In this document: positions 29,250-39,576 of the stretch, in pieces
Layout: each line of letters starts with the position of its first letter
Numbering within the stretch: position 1 is the first letter of the stretch
Origin: Alphaproteobacteria bacterium
Lineage (GTDB): Bacteria; Pseudomonadota; Alphaproteobacteria; UBA828
Length of the DNA: 64,000 nt
Reading direction: 5' to 3'
Assembly (NCBI GenBank): GCA_965221125.1
Contig: CBDCRW010000004.1
Span: 480,001 to 544,000, forward strand
Notes under the pieces: model-generated
The model's database searches: none
What the model was told of the DNA's origin: nothing
What the model saw: only the letters and a program-made list of their open reading frames with translations
Made by a program: the position numbers and the translations under genes

Positions 29250-30674
29250 TCAGGAGGCGGCGCCGAGGGCGTGGTCGTGTTCCGGATCGAGGCCGCGGAT
29301 GATGACGCAGGGCATGGGTGACGCGCGAAGCGCCCGGCATGCCCTGACGGCGTCGCTCTTGTAGAGCCCCAGGAAGCGCGCCCGGTAGAGCGTGCCGGGC
29401 CCCATATCGCTGGGAACGAGAGTCGGTATCGCGTCACCGAGCAGCGGCGCCCGCGTGGACGCCCGGCGCATGGCGATTTCGGCCGCCGTCACCGACTCGT
29501 AGGCGCCGACTTGGATGCCCCAGGGGCGGGCGGTCACCGAATCCGCCCGGAACCCCTTCGGCGACGCCGGAGATTCGGGTGCAGGCGTCAACGCCGCGAC
29601 CGCCGTGGTCTCGGCCCCCGGCTTTGCGGGTGGAATCTCCGGGGGCGGCGGGCCCGCGGCAACTTCCGCCTCCATCGCCTCGACAGTCACGATCGGCTCG
29701 GCCGCAGGCGCGGCAGCTCCTTCGGCCAGCTCAGGCGCTTCGACAGCCGCCACCATGATCGCCGCGGGCTTGAAGCGCGCAGCCGGTGCGGCGAGGCCGG
29801 ACCCGGCGGGCGGGCGGGGAATGCCTGCGTAGCGAACGCGGCCGCGCTTGGCGTCACGCTCGGCGATGCGCGTGAAGCCGAGGTCGAGAAGGGTGGTCAT
29901 ATGCTGATTGCGCGAGCGCGCGGTCTTGCCGCCGAAGACCACCGCGATGACACGCCGGCCGTCGCGTTCCGCCGACGCCACGAGATTGAAGCCGGAGGCC
30001 CGGATGTAGCCGGTCTTGATGCCGTCCATGCCGCGATAGCTGCCGAGCAGCCGGTTCGGCGAGCGATGCGACCGCCCGCTGTAGCGGAAGCGCTGGTCGT
30101 CGAAATAGTGGTAGCGGTGGGGAAAGTCCCGCATGAGCGCGCGCGCGAGAAAAGACATGTCGCGCGCCGTGCTGCGCTGCTTGCGGTTGGGCAGGCCGGA
30201 CGCATTGCGGAACGTGGTTCGGGACATGCCGAGCGCCTGGGCCTTTCTCGTCATCATCCGGGCGAACTCGACCTCGGTTCCGCCCAGCGCCTCGGCGACC
30301 ACGACCGCGATATCGTTGGCCGACTTGACCACCAGCGCCTTGATCGCGTCCTCGACCTCGATCGTGGAGCCCGCAGGAAGGCCCAGCTTCGACGGCGGCT
30401 GGCCGGCGGCCCGCTGCGAGACCTTGAGCTTGGAGGTGAGGTTGAGCCGCCCCTCGTCGATCGCCTCGAAGAGCAGATAGAGAGTCATCATCTTGGTGAG
30501 CGACGCCGGATACCTGCGGATGTCGGCGTTGCGGGAGCGCAGGACCTCGCCGGTTTCGGCGTCGACGACGATGGAGGCGTAACGCGCTTCGGCCCTCTCG
30601 GCGGCGAACACCTGGGACATGACGACGACGCTGAGCGAGAGGACGAGACCGAGAATGATGGAGCCGGGCCGCAT
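29250..30674 (-). CDS. D-alanyl-D-alanine carboxypeptidase with C-terminal SPOR domain
   Basis: SxxK (ASLTK), SxN (SAND), KTG; WGIQVGAY; signal peptide; alternative GTG start at 30704. Confidence 0.9.
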   Translation of the reverse strand: MRPGSIILGLVLSLSVVVMSQVFAAERAEARYASIVVDAETGEVLRSRNADIRRYPASLTKMMTLYLLFEAIDEGRLNLTSKLKVSQRAAGQPPSKLGLPAGSTIEVEDAIKALVVKSANDIAVVVAEALGGTEVEFARMMTRKAQALGMSRTTFRNASGLPNRKQRSTARDMSFLARALMRDFPHRYHYFDDQRFRYSGRSHRSPNRLLGSYRGMDGIKTGYIRASGFNLVASAERDGRRVIAVVFGGKTARSRNQHMTTLLDLGFTRIAERDAKRGRVRYAGIPRPPAGSGLAAPAARFKPAAIMVAAVEAPELAEGAAAPAAEPIVTVEAMEAEVAAGPPPPEIPPAKPGAETTAVAALTPAPESPASPKGFRADSVTARPWGIQVGAYESVTAAEIAMRRASTRAPLLGDAIPTLVPSDMGPGTLYRARFLGLYKSDAVRACRALRASPMPCVIIRGLDPEHDHALGAAS

Positions 30675-30926
30675 GATTCTTCTTCTTTTTTGCCGCGCTT
30701 TCACGTGCGCCCCGCCCCGTCGCCGACTCGAAACGACGCTCCATATGGGTTCAAACGGACATGTTCGTCAAGCACAGCCTGTGAAAAAGGCTCTGGAACT
30801 CGTTGATTCGGCGACATCTCTTGCCGAATGACAAGAGCCTATAGGGCATATCGGCGGACGCCGAGGGCATGGGAAGCGTGGCCGCACCCAGCTCCGTCGC
30901 CCGAGTCGCGCCGGGATCGGCCGCCC

Positions 30927-32321
30927 TCAGAAATCCGGTGGCTCGACCCCGCTTGCCCGCAGTTGCAGCGCGAGATCGTCCTTCAGGCGCCGCAGGGCGG
31001 CTTGGTCGGCGGCCTCGCATCGGGCCACCAGCATGGGCTGGGTGTTGGAGGCGCGCAGCAGCCACCAGCCGTCCGTGCTCTCGGCCCGGACTCCGTCGAT
31101 GCCCGTGAACCTTGCCCCGGCGGCGCTGAGCCGCTCGCGAATCTCGTCGGCCACCCGGAACTTGCGCGCGTCCGGGCAGGGGAAGCGGACTTCTGGGGTG
31201 CTCACCGGGCACGGCAGCTCGGCCCTGAGGGCGGCGAGCGAGCGCCCCTCACCGGCGATCAGCCGCAGCAGGCGGAGGGCAGCGTAGATCGCGTCGTCGA
31301 AGCCGTAGTAGCGGTCGGCGAAGAAGACATGGCCGCTCATCTCGCCGGCGAGCGGTGCGCCGATCTCCGCCATCTTCGCCTTGATCGGCGCGTGGCCTGT
31401 CCGCCACATCAAGGGCCTGCCGCCGAGGCGGGCGATCTCGTCGAACAGGACCCGGCTCGCCTTGACGTCGCCGATGACGGTGGCGCCGGGCCGCTCGCGC
31501 AGCACCTCGCGCGCGAGGAGCGCCACGAGCTGGTCGCCCCAGAGGATCGCGCCCGTCTCGTCCACGACCCCGATGCGGTCGCCGTCGCCATCGAAGGCGA
31601 TGCCGAGATCGCAGCGCTCGGCCCGCACCATGTCGATGAGCTGGGCCAGGTTCTCGGCTACCGTGGGGTCGGGGTGGTGCGCGGGAAAGGTGCCGTCGAC
31701 CTCCGCGTTCAGCAGGATGTGGCGGCCGGAGAGGCCGTCCGTGAGCGCACCGAGCACCGCGCCGGCGGCGCCGTTGCCTGCGTCCCACGCCACCGCAAGC
31801 GGCGTCTTCACCGCCTCGGTGAGAAGGCGCGCGACGTAGGGCGTGGCAAGGTCGGCGTCTGCCACCTTGCCCGTGCTGCCTGCGTGATCGCTGCCGGCGG
31901 CAACGGTTCGTGCCAGCTCCTCGATATCGGGGCCGAAGAACGGGCGCCTGCCCAGCACCATCTTGACGCCGTTGTAGTCCGGCGGATTGTGCGAGCCGGT
32001 GACCATCATGCCGCCGTCGCTCTGGCGCTCGTGGACGGCGAAGTAGAGCATCGGGGTGGGGCCGGTGCCGATGCGGAGAACGTCCGCGCCGGCGTCCGTC
32101 AAACCCTCGACCAGGTGATCCTCCAGATCCGGCGAGCTCAGCCGGCCGTCGCGCCCGACGCAGATCAGCGGCGGTCGATCGGTGGCCTGCCGGCGGCGGG
32201 CAATGGTGGCGAAGCCCCGGCCGATGGCGGCCATGTCGGCCCCGGTCAGCGTCTCGCCGACGATCCCCCGGATGTCGTAGGCACCGAGGATCGCGGGATC
32301 GAGCGTGCGTGCCCCGCTCAC
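30927..32321 (-). CDS. phosphomannomutase/phosphoglucomutase (AlgC-like)
   Basis: YDIRG, VTGSHNP, FDGDGDR, GEMSGH, RASNT; GTG start overlapping the galU stop. Confidence 0.92.
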   Translation of the reverse strand: MSGARTLDPAILGAYDIRGIVGETLTGADMAAIGRGFATIARRRQATDRPPLICVGRDGRLSSPDLEDHLVEGLTDAGADVLRIGTGPTPMLYFAVHERQSDGGMMVTGSHNPPDYNGVKMVLGRRPFFGPDIEELARTVAAGSDHAGSTGKVADADLATPYVARLLTEAVKTPLAVAWDAGNGAAGAVLGALTDGLSGRHILLNAEVDGTFPAHHPDPTVAENLAQLIDMVRAERCDLGIAFDGDGDRIGVVDETGAILWGDQLVALLAREVLRERPGATVIGDVKASRVLFDEIARLGGRPLMWRTGHAPIKAKMAEIGAPLAGEMSGHVFFADRYYGFDDAIYAALRLLRLIAGEGRSLAALRAELPCPVSTPEVRFPCPDARKFRVADEIRERLSAAGARFTGIDGVRAESTDGWWLLRASNTQPMLVARCEAADQAALRRLKDDLALQLRASGVEPPDF

Positions 32322-33196
32322 GGCGACGCCGCGATCCCGCGCAGGAAGGAGAGAAGGTCCTGCCTCAGCGCCGGCCTCTCCAGCGCGCAGGCGACCGTCG
32401 CCTGAAGGTAGCCGGCCGGGCTGCCGCAATCGAAGCGCCGGCCGGCGAACCGCACGCCGTGAAACGGCGCCTCCCTTGCCATCGCGGCCATGGCATCGGT
32501 CAGCTGGATCTCGCCGCCCGCGCCGGGCGGCTGCGCGGCGAGCCGCGAGAAGAGCGCCGGCTGCAGGACGTAGCGGCCGATGAGCGCGAGCCGCGACGGC
32601 GCATGCGCGGACGCCGGTTTTTCCACCATGCCGGAGAGCGTGACGGTGCGCCCATCGTCGGCCGCGACCTCGGCAATGCCGTAACGGCCGGTCTCGGCCG
32701 GCGGCACTTCGGTGAGTGCCACCACGCTGCCTCCGGTCCGCTCGTGGACCTCGACCAGCTCCGCCAGACACGGCGGATCGCCCAGGAGCAGCTCGTCCGC
32801 AAGCAGCACCGCGAAGGGCTCGTCGCCCACCAGGGACCGAGCGCAGAGGACGGCATGGCCGAGGCCGAGCGGTTCCTCCTGACGCGCAAATGCAACGGCG
32901 CCGGGCTCGAGCACGGCGCCCGCCACGCGCGCCCGGGCTGTCTCGTCATGGCGCGCCGCGAGATACGCGTCGAGCGTCTCGTCAGGGCCGAAATGATCCG
33001 CAATCGCCGCCTCACCCCGGCCCGTGACGAAGATGAACTGCTCGATCCCCGCCGCCTGCGCCTCCTCCACCGCGTATTGGATGAGCGGCTTGTCGACCAC
33101 CGGCAGCATCGCCTTGGGCACCGCCTTGCTCGCAGGCAGGAACCGCGTGGCCATGCCGGCGACCGGCAGGACGGCCTTTCTCACTGGTTGCGGCAT
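32318..33196 (-). CDS. galU: UTP--glucose-1-phosphate uridylyltransferase
   Basis: KAVLPVAGMATRFLPASK, PLGLGHAV, VEKP, GEIQLTDA, FDCG. Confidence 0.92.
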   Translation of the reverse strand: MPQPVRKAVLPVAGMATRFLPASKAVPKAMLPVVDKPLIQYAVEEAQAAGIEQFIFVTGRGEAAIADHFGPDETLDAYLAARHDETARARVAGAVLEPGAVAFARQEEPLGLGHAVLCARSLVGDEPFAVLLADELLLGDPPCLAELVEVHERTGGSVVALTEVPPAETGRYGIAEVAADDGRTVTLSGMVEKPASAHAPSRLALIGRYVLQPALFSRLAAQPPGAGGEIQLTDAMAAMAREAPFHGVRFAGRRFDCGSPAGYLQATVACALERPALRQDLLSFLRGIAASP

Positions 33197-33236
33197 TGCA
33201 GGGGCCTCGTCACGGCGGCCGGCGGCGGCGCATGTC

Positions 33237-33983
33237 TCAGCCGCCGAGCAGCAGCTCCTTCGCCTGGTTGATCTTGGCCGCGAGGTAGTTGGAGCCGCCG
33301 TGGTCGGGGTGGAGCTTGCGCATGAGCGTGCGGTGCGCCTCCTTGATCTCCTCGGCGCCGGCGCCGGGCTGGAGGCCGAGAATCTCGTAAGCCTCCTCGC
33401 GGGTCATCGGCGTGCGGCCGGCCCCCGCTTTCTGGCGCCCCCAGCCCCGGCCCGTGCCGGCCTCCGCGCGGCGTTCGCGCTCTGCCTCTTCCTCGACGTG
33501 ATCGCGCCAGTCGGGGCCGAGGATACGGTCGAGATAGGCCTCCAGCAGCCGCCGGCCCTCCTCGTCCCGCAGGCTGCACTCGTCCCAGAGGTCCAGAAGC
33601 TCGCGCTCCGAGAGCTCGTCGAGCCGGCGCCCGGTGTGGCGCCCCTGCAGCACCGTGCCCTCCATCTCGCCGCTGTCGTGGTCGAGCGTCATGCGGAGAT
33701 ACGGGGTCTCGACGTCCGAGCGCTGGCCGGCGGTGGGATTCGGGTTCATCCGGCCTGCGGCCATGCGGCCCATGAGCCAGGGCAGCCCGGCGAGCGCGAG
33801 CGGCAGGAAAGCGAGATGCGCCTTGCCGGTGACGCCCAGGAAGATCGTGGCCGCCCCACCAGCGGCGATGACGCCCCACTTGACCCAGCGCGCGAGGCTC
33901 GACGGGTTGGCCGTGGCGAACCAGCGGCTGAGGAACACCACCAGCACCAGGAGTCCGAGCCCGAGAAGGACGTAGTGGATCAT
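33237..33983 (-). CDS. membrane protein with C-terminal DnaJ domain
   Basis: N-terminal TM helices; EAYEILGL...HPDHGGS...INQAK. Confidence 0.88.
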   Translation of the reverse strand: MIHYVLLGLGLLVLVVFLSRWFATANPSSLARWVKWGVIAAGGAATIFLGVTGKAHLAFLPLALAGLPWLMGRMAAGRMNPNPTAGQRSDVETPYLRMTLDHDSGEMEGTVLQGRHTGRRLDELSERELLDLWDECSLRDEEGRRLLEAYLDRILGPDWRDHVEEEAERERRAEAGTGRGWGRQKAGAGRTPMTREEAYEILGLQPGAGAEEIKEAHRTLMRKLHPDHGGSNYLAAKINQAKELLLGG

Positions 33984-34033
33984 CGTGGGCGTAGTTTAGC
34001 GGATCGGAAGGCGGGTGCGCGTACCAGCTAAGC

Positions 34034-34744
34034 TCATTTGATCTGATGGGCGATCTGCAGCACCGCCTCGCCGCGCCGGCGGCCGTAGTCCGTGAGCGCC
34101 TTGCGCCCGCCGGCGGCATAGACCGCGACCGCGCCGAGAAGTTCCTTGAGCTGGCGCGCGCTCGACGCGTCGAAGCGCAGGTAGGCGCCGTTGCTGAGCC
34201 GCGCGATCTGGCGAAAGGCCAGTGCGGCCCCCGGATCCGGCCCCTCGTGGAACATGAAGGCGGGAACCCCGCGCAAGCCCAGCTCGCCGGCGATGGCGCA
34301 AAGCTCGTCCACGTTCTCTTCCATGGCGTCGCCGACGAAGACGAGCGCGTGGACCCGCTGCACTTGCGTCTCGTCGAGGGCGTGCTGCAGCACCCTGCGG
34401 ATCTGGGTGTGGCCGCCGAGACAGTGGACGGCGGTCATGGCCCGCACCAGGGCCCGCGAATCCCGCACCCACTTGCTCGCCCGGCACTCGCCGAAGCCGC
34501 GGTAGTAGACGAGTTGCACCGAGAGCCCGCCGAGCGAGGCCGTGGCGTCGAACATCTCCCCCTGGATCTGGCAGGCGTTGTCCCACGAGGGCTCCCTGCT
34601 CGCCGTCGCGTCCATGGCGAAGATGAGCCGCCCGGTCTCGCCCTGCCTCACCGGCGCGGGAGTCGCCGCGACCCGGCGCAGGAAGGCATCCACCTCGGCC
34701 TTCTCGGTCTGGCCCTTCGTCGGCAGCTTTCGCTCGCGGCTCAT
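34034..34744 (-). CDS. VWA domain-containing protein
   Basis: MIDAS-like DATAS, GGHTQI, VFVGDAMEE. Confidence 0.8.
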   Translation of the reverse strand: MSRERKLPTKGQTEKAEVDAFLRRVAATPAPVRQGETGRLIFAMDATASREPSWDNACQIQGEMFDATASLGGLSVQLVYYRGFGECRASKWVRDSRALVRAMTAVHCLGGHTQIRRVLQHALDETQVQRVHALVFVGDAMEENVDELCAIAGELGLRGVPAFMFHEGPDPGAALAFRQIARLSNGAYLRFDASSARQLKELLGAVAVYAAGGRKALTDYGRRRGEAVLQIAHQIK

Positions 34745-34759
34745 ATGAGGCTCCCCCTT

Positions 34760-35707
34760 CTATATGGGGGCGGCCGGCAGCCGCGCCAGGCGCTCGGTCA
34801 GCATGGCGAAGAAGCCGTCGGCATCGACGCGCTCGAGCACGCGGGCGTTGGCGGCGCCGCCGGTGCGGCCGTAACGGTCACAGACAGTGCGCCCGAAGCA
34901 GTGGCCGTCGCCCAACTCGACGTCGACCCGCATGGCGCGGCCCTCGAAGAGATCCGGCGCCAGCAGATAGGCGATGACGCAGGGGTCGTGCATGGGCGCG
35001 CCGTGGTGATAGGCCTCGACGTTCTTGGCGCCGTAGAGGTCGAGCATCCCGCAGACCGCCGCCGCCGGCGGGCTGCCGAGCGCGCGGATCGCCTCCAGCC
35101 TGGGCGGCGTCGCGATCGCCTGGTGGGTCACGTCGAGCCCGATCATGGTGAGCGGTGCGCCGGCCTCGAACACCACGTGCGCGGCGTGGGGGTCGGCGTG
35201 GATGTTGAACTCGGCCGCAGGCGTGACGTTGCCGAGGCCGAGCGCGCCCCCCATGGTGACGATCTCGCGCACGTTGGCGAGGACGCCCGGGTTCTTAACG
35301 ATGGCGAGCGCGACGTTGGTGAGGGGGCCGAGCGTCGCCAGCGTGATGGGCTCCGGCGCTGTGCTCAGCGTGTCCACGAGATAGTCCACCGCATGGGCCG
35401 CCTCGGCCGGGCGGCTCGGCTCAGGCAGGTCGGCGCCGTCGATCCCCGTTTCTCCGTGGATGTACTCCGCGCTCACCGGCTCGCGCACCATGGGCCTCGG
35501 GCAGCCGGCATAGACCGGCACCTCGGGGCGGCCCGCCAGATCCCTGATCCGGCGCGCGTTGTCCTCGGTCCTGGCCAGCGGCACGTTGCCGGCGACGGCG
35601 GTGATGCCGAGCAGGTCGAATTCCTCGGCGGACGCGAAGGCGAGCAGCAGGGCGACGGCGTCGTCCTGGCCGGGGTCGCAGTCGATGATCAGCGGTCGTG
35701 CGCTCAT
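34760..35707 (-). CDS. inosine/uridine-preferring nucleoside hydrolase
   Basis: DCDPGQDD, AEFNI..DP, GLDVT, MHDP. Confidence 0.93.
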   Translation of the reverse strand: MSARPLIIDCDPGQDDAVALLLAFASAEEFDLLGITAVAGNVPLARTEDNARRIRDLAGRPEVPVYAGCPRPMVREPVSAEYIHGETGIDGADLPEPSRPAEAAHAVDYLVDTLSTAPEPITLATLGPLTNVALAIVKNPGVLANVREIVTMGGALGLGNVTPAAEFNIHADPHAAHVVFEAGAPLTMIGLDVTHQAIATPPRLEAIRALGSPPAAAVCGMLDLYGAKNVEAYHHGAPMHDPCVIAYLLAPDLFEGRAMRVDVELGDGHCFGRTVCDRYGRTGGAANARVLERVDADGFFAMLTERLARLPAAPI

Positions 35708-35726
35708 GGCAGGCCCGAATCATACC

Positions 35727-35902
35727 TAGAGCGTTTCCGTTGTGCACGGAAACGCTCTAGGTATTTCTCGCTCACGGCAATCGGCCGTCGCGCGATTCCG
35801 CGCGCCTGCCGGCGCGACGGCCGGCGCCTGCACGGGCGCGCCGCATACGCGGCGGGCCGCGGTCGCGGCCTGTCGCGCGTCCGTGCAAGTCGGACGCGCT
35901 CT
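35727..35902 (+). repeat. dispersed multi-hairpin repeat (MITE-like), copy 1
   Basis: Starts TAGAGCGTTTCCG, ends CGGACGCGCTCT; 19-bp perfect inverted repeat 35722-35740/35746-35764; core TCGCTCACGGCA. Confidence 0.85.
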
Positions 35903-35946
35903 GGCTCCGGCCGTCGCCCGCCGATGGTGGGGGTCTGGCGGGGCCG

Positions 35947-36251
35947 TTAGCGCGGGCTTGCCATCCCTGTGCCCCGGTCGCCGGATCGAGGGCGGTCGTC
36001 CGAAGATGCCTCTTCCGGTGGATCGCCGTTGGGCCCGGCGGCAGGATCGGCGCTCTCTTCGCCATCGGCCTTGTCGTCGACTCCGTGCCGGTCGATCGAA
36101 TTGGCCGGGTGGAAGGCGATCCCGTGGCCGCCGGTGCTGCCCTCGCCGCCGTCGGCGCCCTTCCACCAGGCCTCGGCCGCCTCGCGCACCGCGTCCCAGT
36201 CCAGCTCGAAGCCCAGCCCCGGCCGGTCGAGGACCGGCAGCATGCCCCCTT
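35947..36251 (-). pseudogene. C-terminal fragment of the IS-interrupted mandelate racemase/MLE family gene
   Basis: LPVLDRPGLGFELDWDAV is the usual enolase-superfamily C-terminus and joins in frame to the 38342 fragment. Confidence 0.85.
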
Positions 36252-38341
36252 CAGGAACATTTTTTAGTCATGGCTGAGAGGGCGGGATGACCGAGAGCGG
36301 GCAGGCTTGGGCCGATGAAGGTCCTGGCCGAGCTTGGCTGGGCGGCTGCATGGGGTCCGCGGGGGCCGGTAGGGCTCGGTTTTCGGGCTCGCCGGGCAAA
36401 GCGATCCCGCCGCGCCGTTCGACGGCGCGTCCCGTCGCGCTCTGCGACGCGGTTACGCCCGCAGGATCATGCAGCGGGCGCGATCAGGATCGCGTCGAGA
36501 GCCTCCTGGGCGCGGGCGGCATAATGCCGGTTGGCCTCGGGCAGGAAGCGGAAGCGCCCGTCGCAGCGCACGATGGCGATGGCCGCGTTGGTCAGGCAGG
36601 AGAGATTGCGCGGCAGGTGGCGCACGTACGCCCGGCAGCGGTCTTCGTCATAGGTGAAGTCGCGCACGTAGTGCAGCCGGTTCTCGATGTGCCAGTGATT
36701 GCGGACCAGAGCCAGAAGCTCCTCGGGCCCGGCGCGGTCTGCGCCGAGCGAGGTCAGGCTCCAGGTCACCTCGACGCTGCGCTCGCCGGTCTTGAGGATC
36801 TCGCGCTCGCGTTCGATGCGCATCGCCTGGCGGCGTCCGTGAAGGTTGGCGTAGCCGTCCCATTCGGCAGCGGAGAGGTCGACGACGGCGCAGCGGCGGC
36901 GCTCGATGCGGCCATGGCCCTTGTCGACGGTTTCGTGCCAGGGCGCGTCGGAGAAGTCGATCGCCTTGAGGTCTTCGAGGATGGTCTCCTGATTGTCCTT
37001 CACCGCGGTGACCACGTAGTCGGCGCGACGCCCGAGCAGGCAGCGCGCGGTCTCGTGCTGGGCGTGCATCGCATCGAGGGTGACGGTCCGGCCTGCGAGG
37101 TCGAGACTGCTGGAGAGTTCGCGCACGGCGGGGATCTCGTTGCTCTTTCTATCGACCTCGACCTGTCCCAGGACCATGCCGGTCTTGTGCACCAGCGCCG
37201 CGACCATCATGCGCCGCCCGTCTTCGGTCTGCTTCGAGGCGCCGCGCAGGTCCTTTCCGTCCATGGCGACCGGGGCGTGCGCGCCGTCGTGCTGGCCGGT
37301 CCACCGGCCGATGGCGTTGTCCAGCGTCTCCGGCGGCAGGGCGGCGAGGATGTTGTGGAAGGTGGTGATCGCGGGCGCGGTGTAGCGCTTCTTCGAAGGG
37401 CTCCAGAACGCGCCGACCGCCTCGAGCTGCTCCTGCGAGAGCAGGGCGGCGAACTGGGCGAAGGCTGTCGAGCCCCGGTAGCCGGCAAGGCGGGCGGCGA
37501 CGGCAACCGCCAGCACGGTCTTCAAGGGATAGCGCTTGCCCCGGGCATGGCGGCACTCGGGCACCTCGCCCAGGCACTCGAACAGGCTGCGCAGCCGGGG
37601 CGCCGTCATCGGCTCGCTGTGTTGCTCGGCGTTCCAGTTCGCCGGGATCTCGGCCCGGCTCAGCGCTTCGGCGGCGCCATCGCTAAGTTCGAACACGAAG
37701 ACCTCCTTGGGCTGGCCGTGGTGGCGCCAGCGCGGAGCAGCTCCGGGGTCACGGGCAAAGCCGCGCGTCATCCCCAGCGAGCGCCAGTTCGACGCGCGGT
37801 AGCAGGTGCCGGCGAAGCGCGCGGGATCGACGAAGGTCTCGGCCAGGAGCGCCGGGTATCCATGCACCGCCTGGGTGTCCGCAGACAGCCGCCGCAGGCT
37901 CAGCCCCAGAACCCGCGAGGCCAGGTTGGGAACCCGCTCAGGCGTCAGGATCACGAAGCGCGAGTTGTTCGCGATCAGATGCAGGCGCCGGAACTGCTGC
38001 TCCGCCGACCAGCCGATCCAGCGGTCGCGCGCGGCCAGCTTGAACGCGCCCGGCTGCCAGCCGATCAGGGCGAGCCAGGTCTCGCCATGCACCGCGACAT
38101 GGCGCAGCCCCTTGCCGACGACGCCGTGGAATCGCAGGTAGTGGTGCTCCTCCACCAGCCGGTCCCAGCGCCGGTGCTCCCGCGCGCCCCAGGTCGGGCG
38201 CACCGTGACCGCACGCAGATCAATGGACGAATCCAGGCCCGGCAACGTCGCCATGGCCGCTACACTGCCACAGCGAAAACGAAATGACCAGCGCCGCGAT
38301 CACCTCACGCCGCTCGCCGGGCGGACAAAAAACGAGCCCTG
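36252..38341 (-). mobile_element. ISAs1-family-like insertion sequence, 2090 bp
   Basis: Flanked by the 10-bp direct repeat atgccccctt (36242-36251, 38342-38351); imperfect CAGG-starting terminal IRs (12/18 identical). Confidence 0.92.
36467..38254 (-). CDS. ISAs1 family DDE transposase with N-terminal DUF4338-like domain
   Basis: C-part: DGKDLRG, KSNEIPA, DAMHAQ, VKDNQ, KGHGRIERR, HWHIENRLH..RD....ED. N-part: HHYL, RDRWIGW, NNSRFVIL, NLAS, ETFVD...GTCYRASNW. Confidence 0.9.
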   Translation of the reverse strand: MATLPGLDSSIDLRAVTVRPTWGAREHRRWDRLVEEHHYLRFHGVVGKGLRHVAVHGETWLALIGWQPGAFKLAARDRWIGWSAEQQFRRLHLIANNSRFVILTPERVPNLASRVLGLSLRRLSADTQAVHGYPALLAETFVDPARFAGTCYRASNWRSLGMTRGFARDPGAAPRWRHHGQPKEVFVFELSDGAAEALSRAEIPANWNAEQHSEPMTAPRLRSLFECLGEVPECRHARGKRYPLKTVLAVAVAARLAGYRGSTAFAQFAALLSQEQLEAVGAFWSPSKKRYTAPAITTFHNILAALPPETLDNAIGRWTGQHDGAHAPVAMDGKDLRGASKQTEDGRRMMVAALVHKTGMVLGQVEVDRKSNEIPAVRELSSSLDLAGRTVTLDAMHAQHETARCLLGRRADYVVTAVKDNQETILEDLKAIDFSDAPWHETVDKGHGRIERRRCAVVDLSAAEWDGYANLHGRRQAMRIEREREILKTGERSVEVTWSLTSLGADRAGPEELLALVRNHWHIENRLHYVRDFTYDEDRCRAYVRHLPRNLSCLTNAAIAIVRCDGRFRFLPEANRHYAARAQEALDAILIAPAA

Positions 38342-39378
38342 ATGCCCCCTTGCAGCGAAAGGCTGGGTTGCTTGACGATGTCCCAGGCCAGGAAATTGTT
38401 CATGTACTGGTTGCCGTCGTCCAGGTTGGGCGTCACCGCCGCCACGTGGGACGCCGCCACGGTGGTGATCCCGGTTTCGTGAAGGCCATGAATGCAGACG
38501 TCGATGTTGGCCGCCTCCGCGATGTGGGCCACCTTGCAGAAGCGCAGCAGGCCTCCGGTCTCGTGCAGCCCGACGACGATCAGGTCGGCAGCGCGCAGGC
38601 GGCAGAGGTCGAAGGCCTCGCCCAGCGCAATGACGCCCTGGTCCGCCGCGATCGAGACCGGGCTCGTGGCCCGGACCCGCGCCAGCGCCTCGACGCTTTC
38701 CGCATCGATCGGCTGCTCCACGACTTCGATGTCGAAGCGGGAGAGTTTGCGCAACATGCGGGTGGCCTGGACCGGGTGCCAGCGGCCGTTGGGGTCGAGA
38801 CGCAGGCGCTTGTCGGGCCCGATGGCGGCCCGGACCCGGGACACGATCTCGGCGTCCAGATCGTCGCCACGCCCCACCTCGACATAGATCACTTCGTGCC
38901 CCGACGCCGCGAGCCGTGCGGCCTCGCTCGCGATTTCGCCGGCGCCATCCCCCTGCGGGAAGCCGAAGTAGCGCACCTCGTCGCGCACGGCGCCGCCAAG
39001 CAGGCCATGAACGGGGCAGCCCGCCGCCTTGCCCATGGCGTCCCACAGCGCCATCTCCAGCCCCGCAAGCGCCTTGCCCGCGAACGTGGACGCCCTGGAC
39101 GCTTCCTCGCGCCCGAACAGCGCATTGTAGGCGTCGCCGATAAGGCGGGCGTTCTCGAACGGGCTGCGCCCGACACAGAAGTCCGCCGCGAGCGAAAGAT
39201 GGGCGCGGACGGCGTCGGCGGACGGCGTTGCAATCGACTCCCCGTAGCCGACGACGCCTTTATCGGTGTGGACCTCGACCAGGATTACTTCGGCGCCGTG
39301 GGTGACGCCCTGAGACCAGTGAAAGGGCTGCTCGTAGGGGATCCAGAGCGGCGTCGTCAGAACCTCGCTGATCTTCAC
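38342..39378 (-). pseudogene. mandelate racemase/muconate lactonizing enzyme family gene, N-terminal part (IS-interrupted)
   Basis: EMALWDAMGK, LLGG, RLDPN, EQP, AADQ; GTG start after ggagga; reading frame runs into the IS. Confidence 0.88.
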
Positions 39379-39576
39379 GTCCCTTCCTCCGGCGCACGAC
39401 ACCTTCGGGTGGTCCATTCCGAATACTAGTTATGCGGGCCGTCTAATGCCATATTCGATATGCTGAATTATCAATAATGGCAGCAATGTCGCCTCCCGAC
39501 GCGGGTACGGCCAGCCTTGGCGGCAGCGCGATCTGCCGGGCGCGGGCGCGGTATGTTCGATGTGCTATGGTGAGCC

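Noticed and set aside
36467-38254. Druantia defence system
   Set aside because: The DUF4338-like domain is fused to a transposase inside an IS; no DruE helicase or other dru genes.
39441-39478. AT-rich patch with a T-N11-A (LysR-like) pattern
   Set aside because: Weak dyad and no regulator nearby; too degenerate to call.
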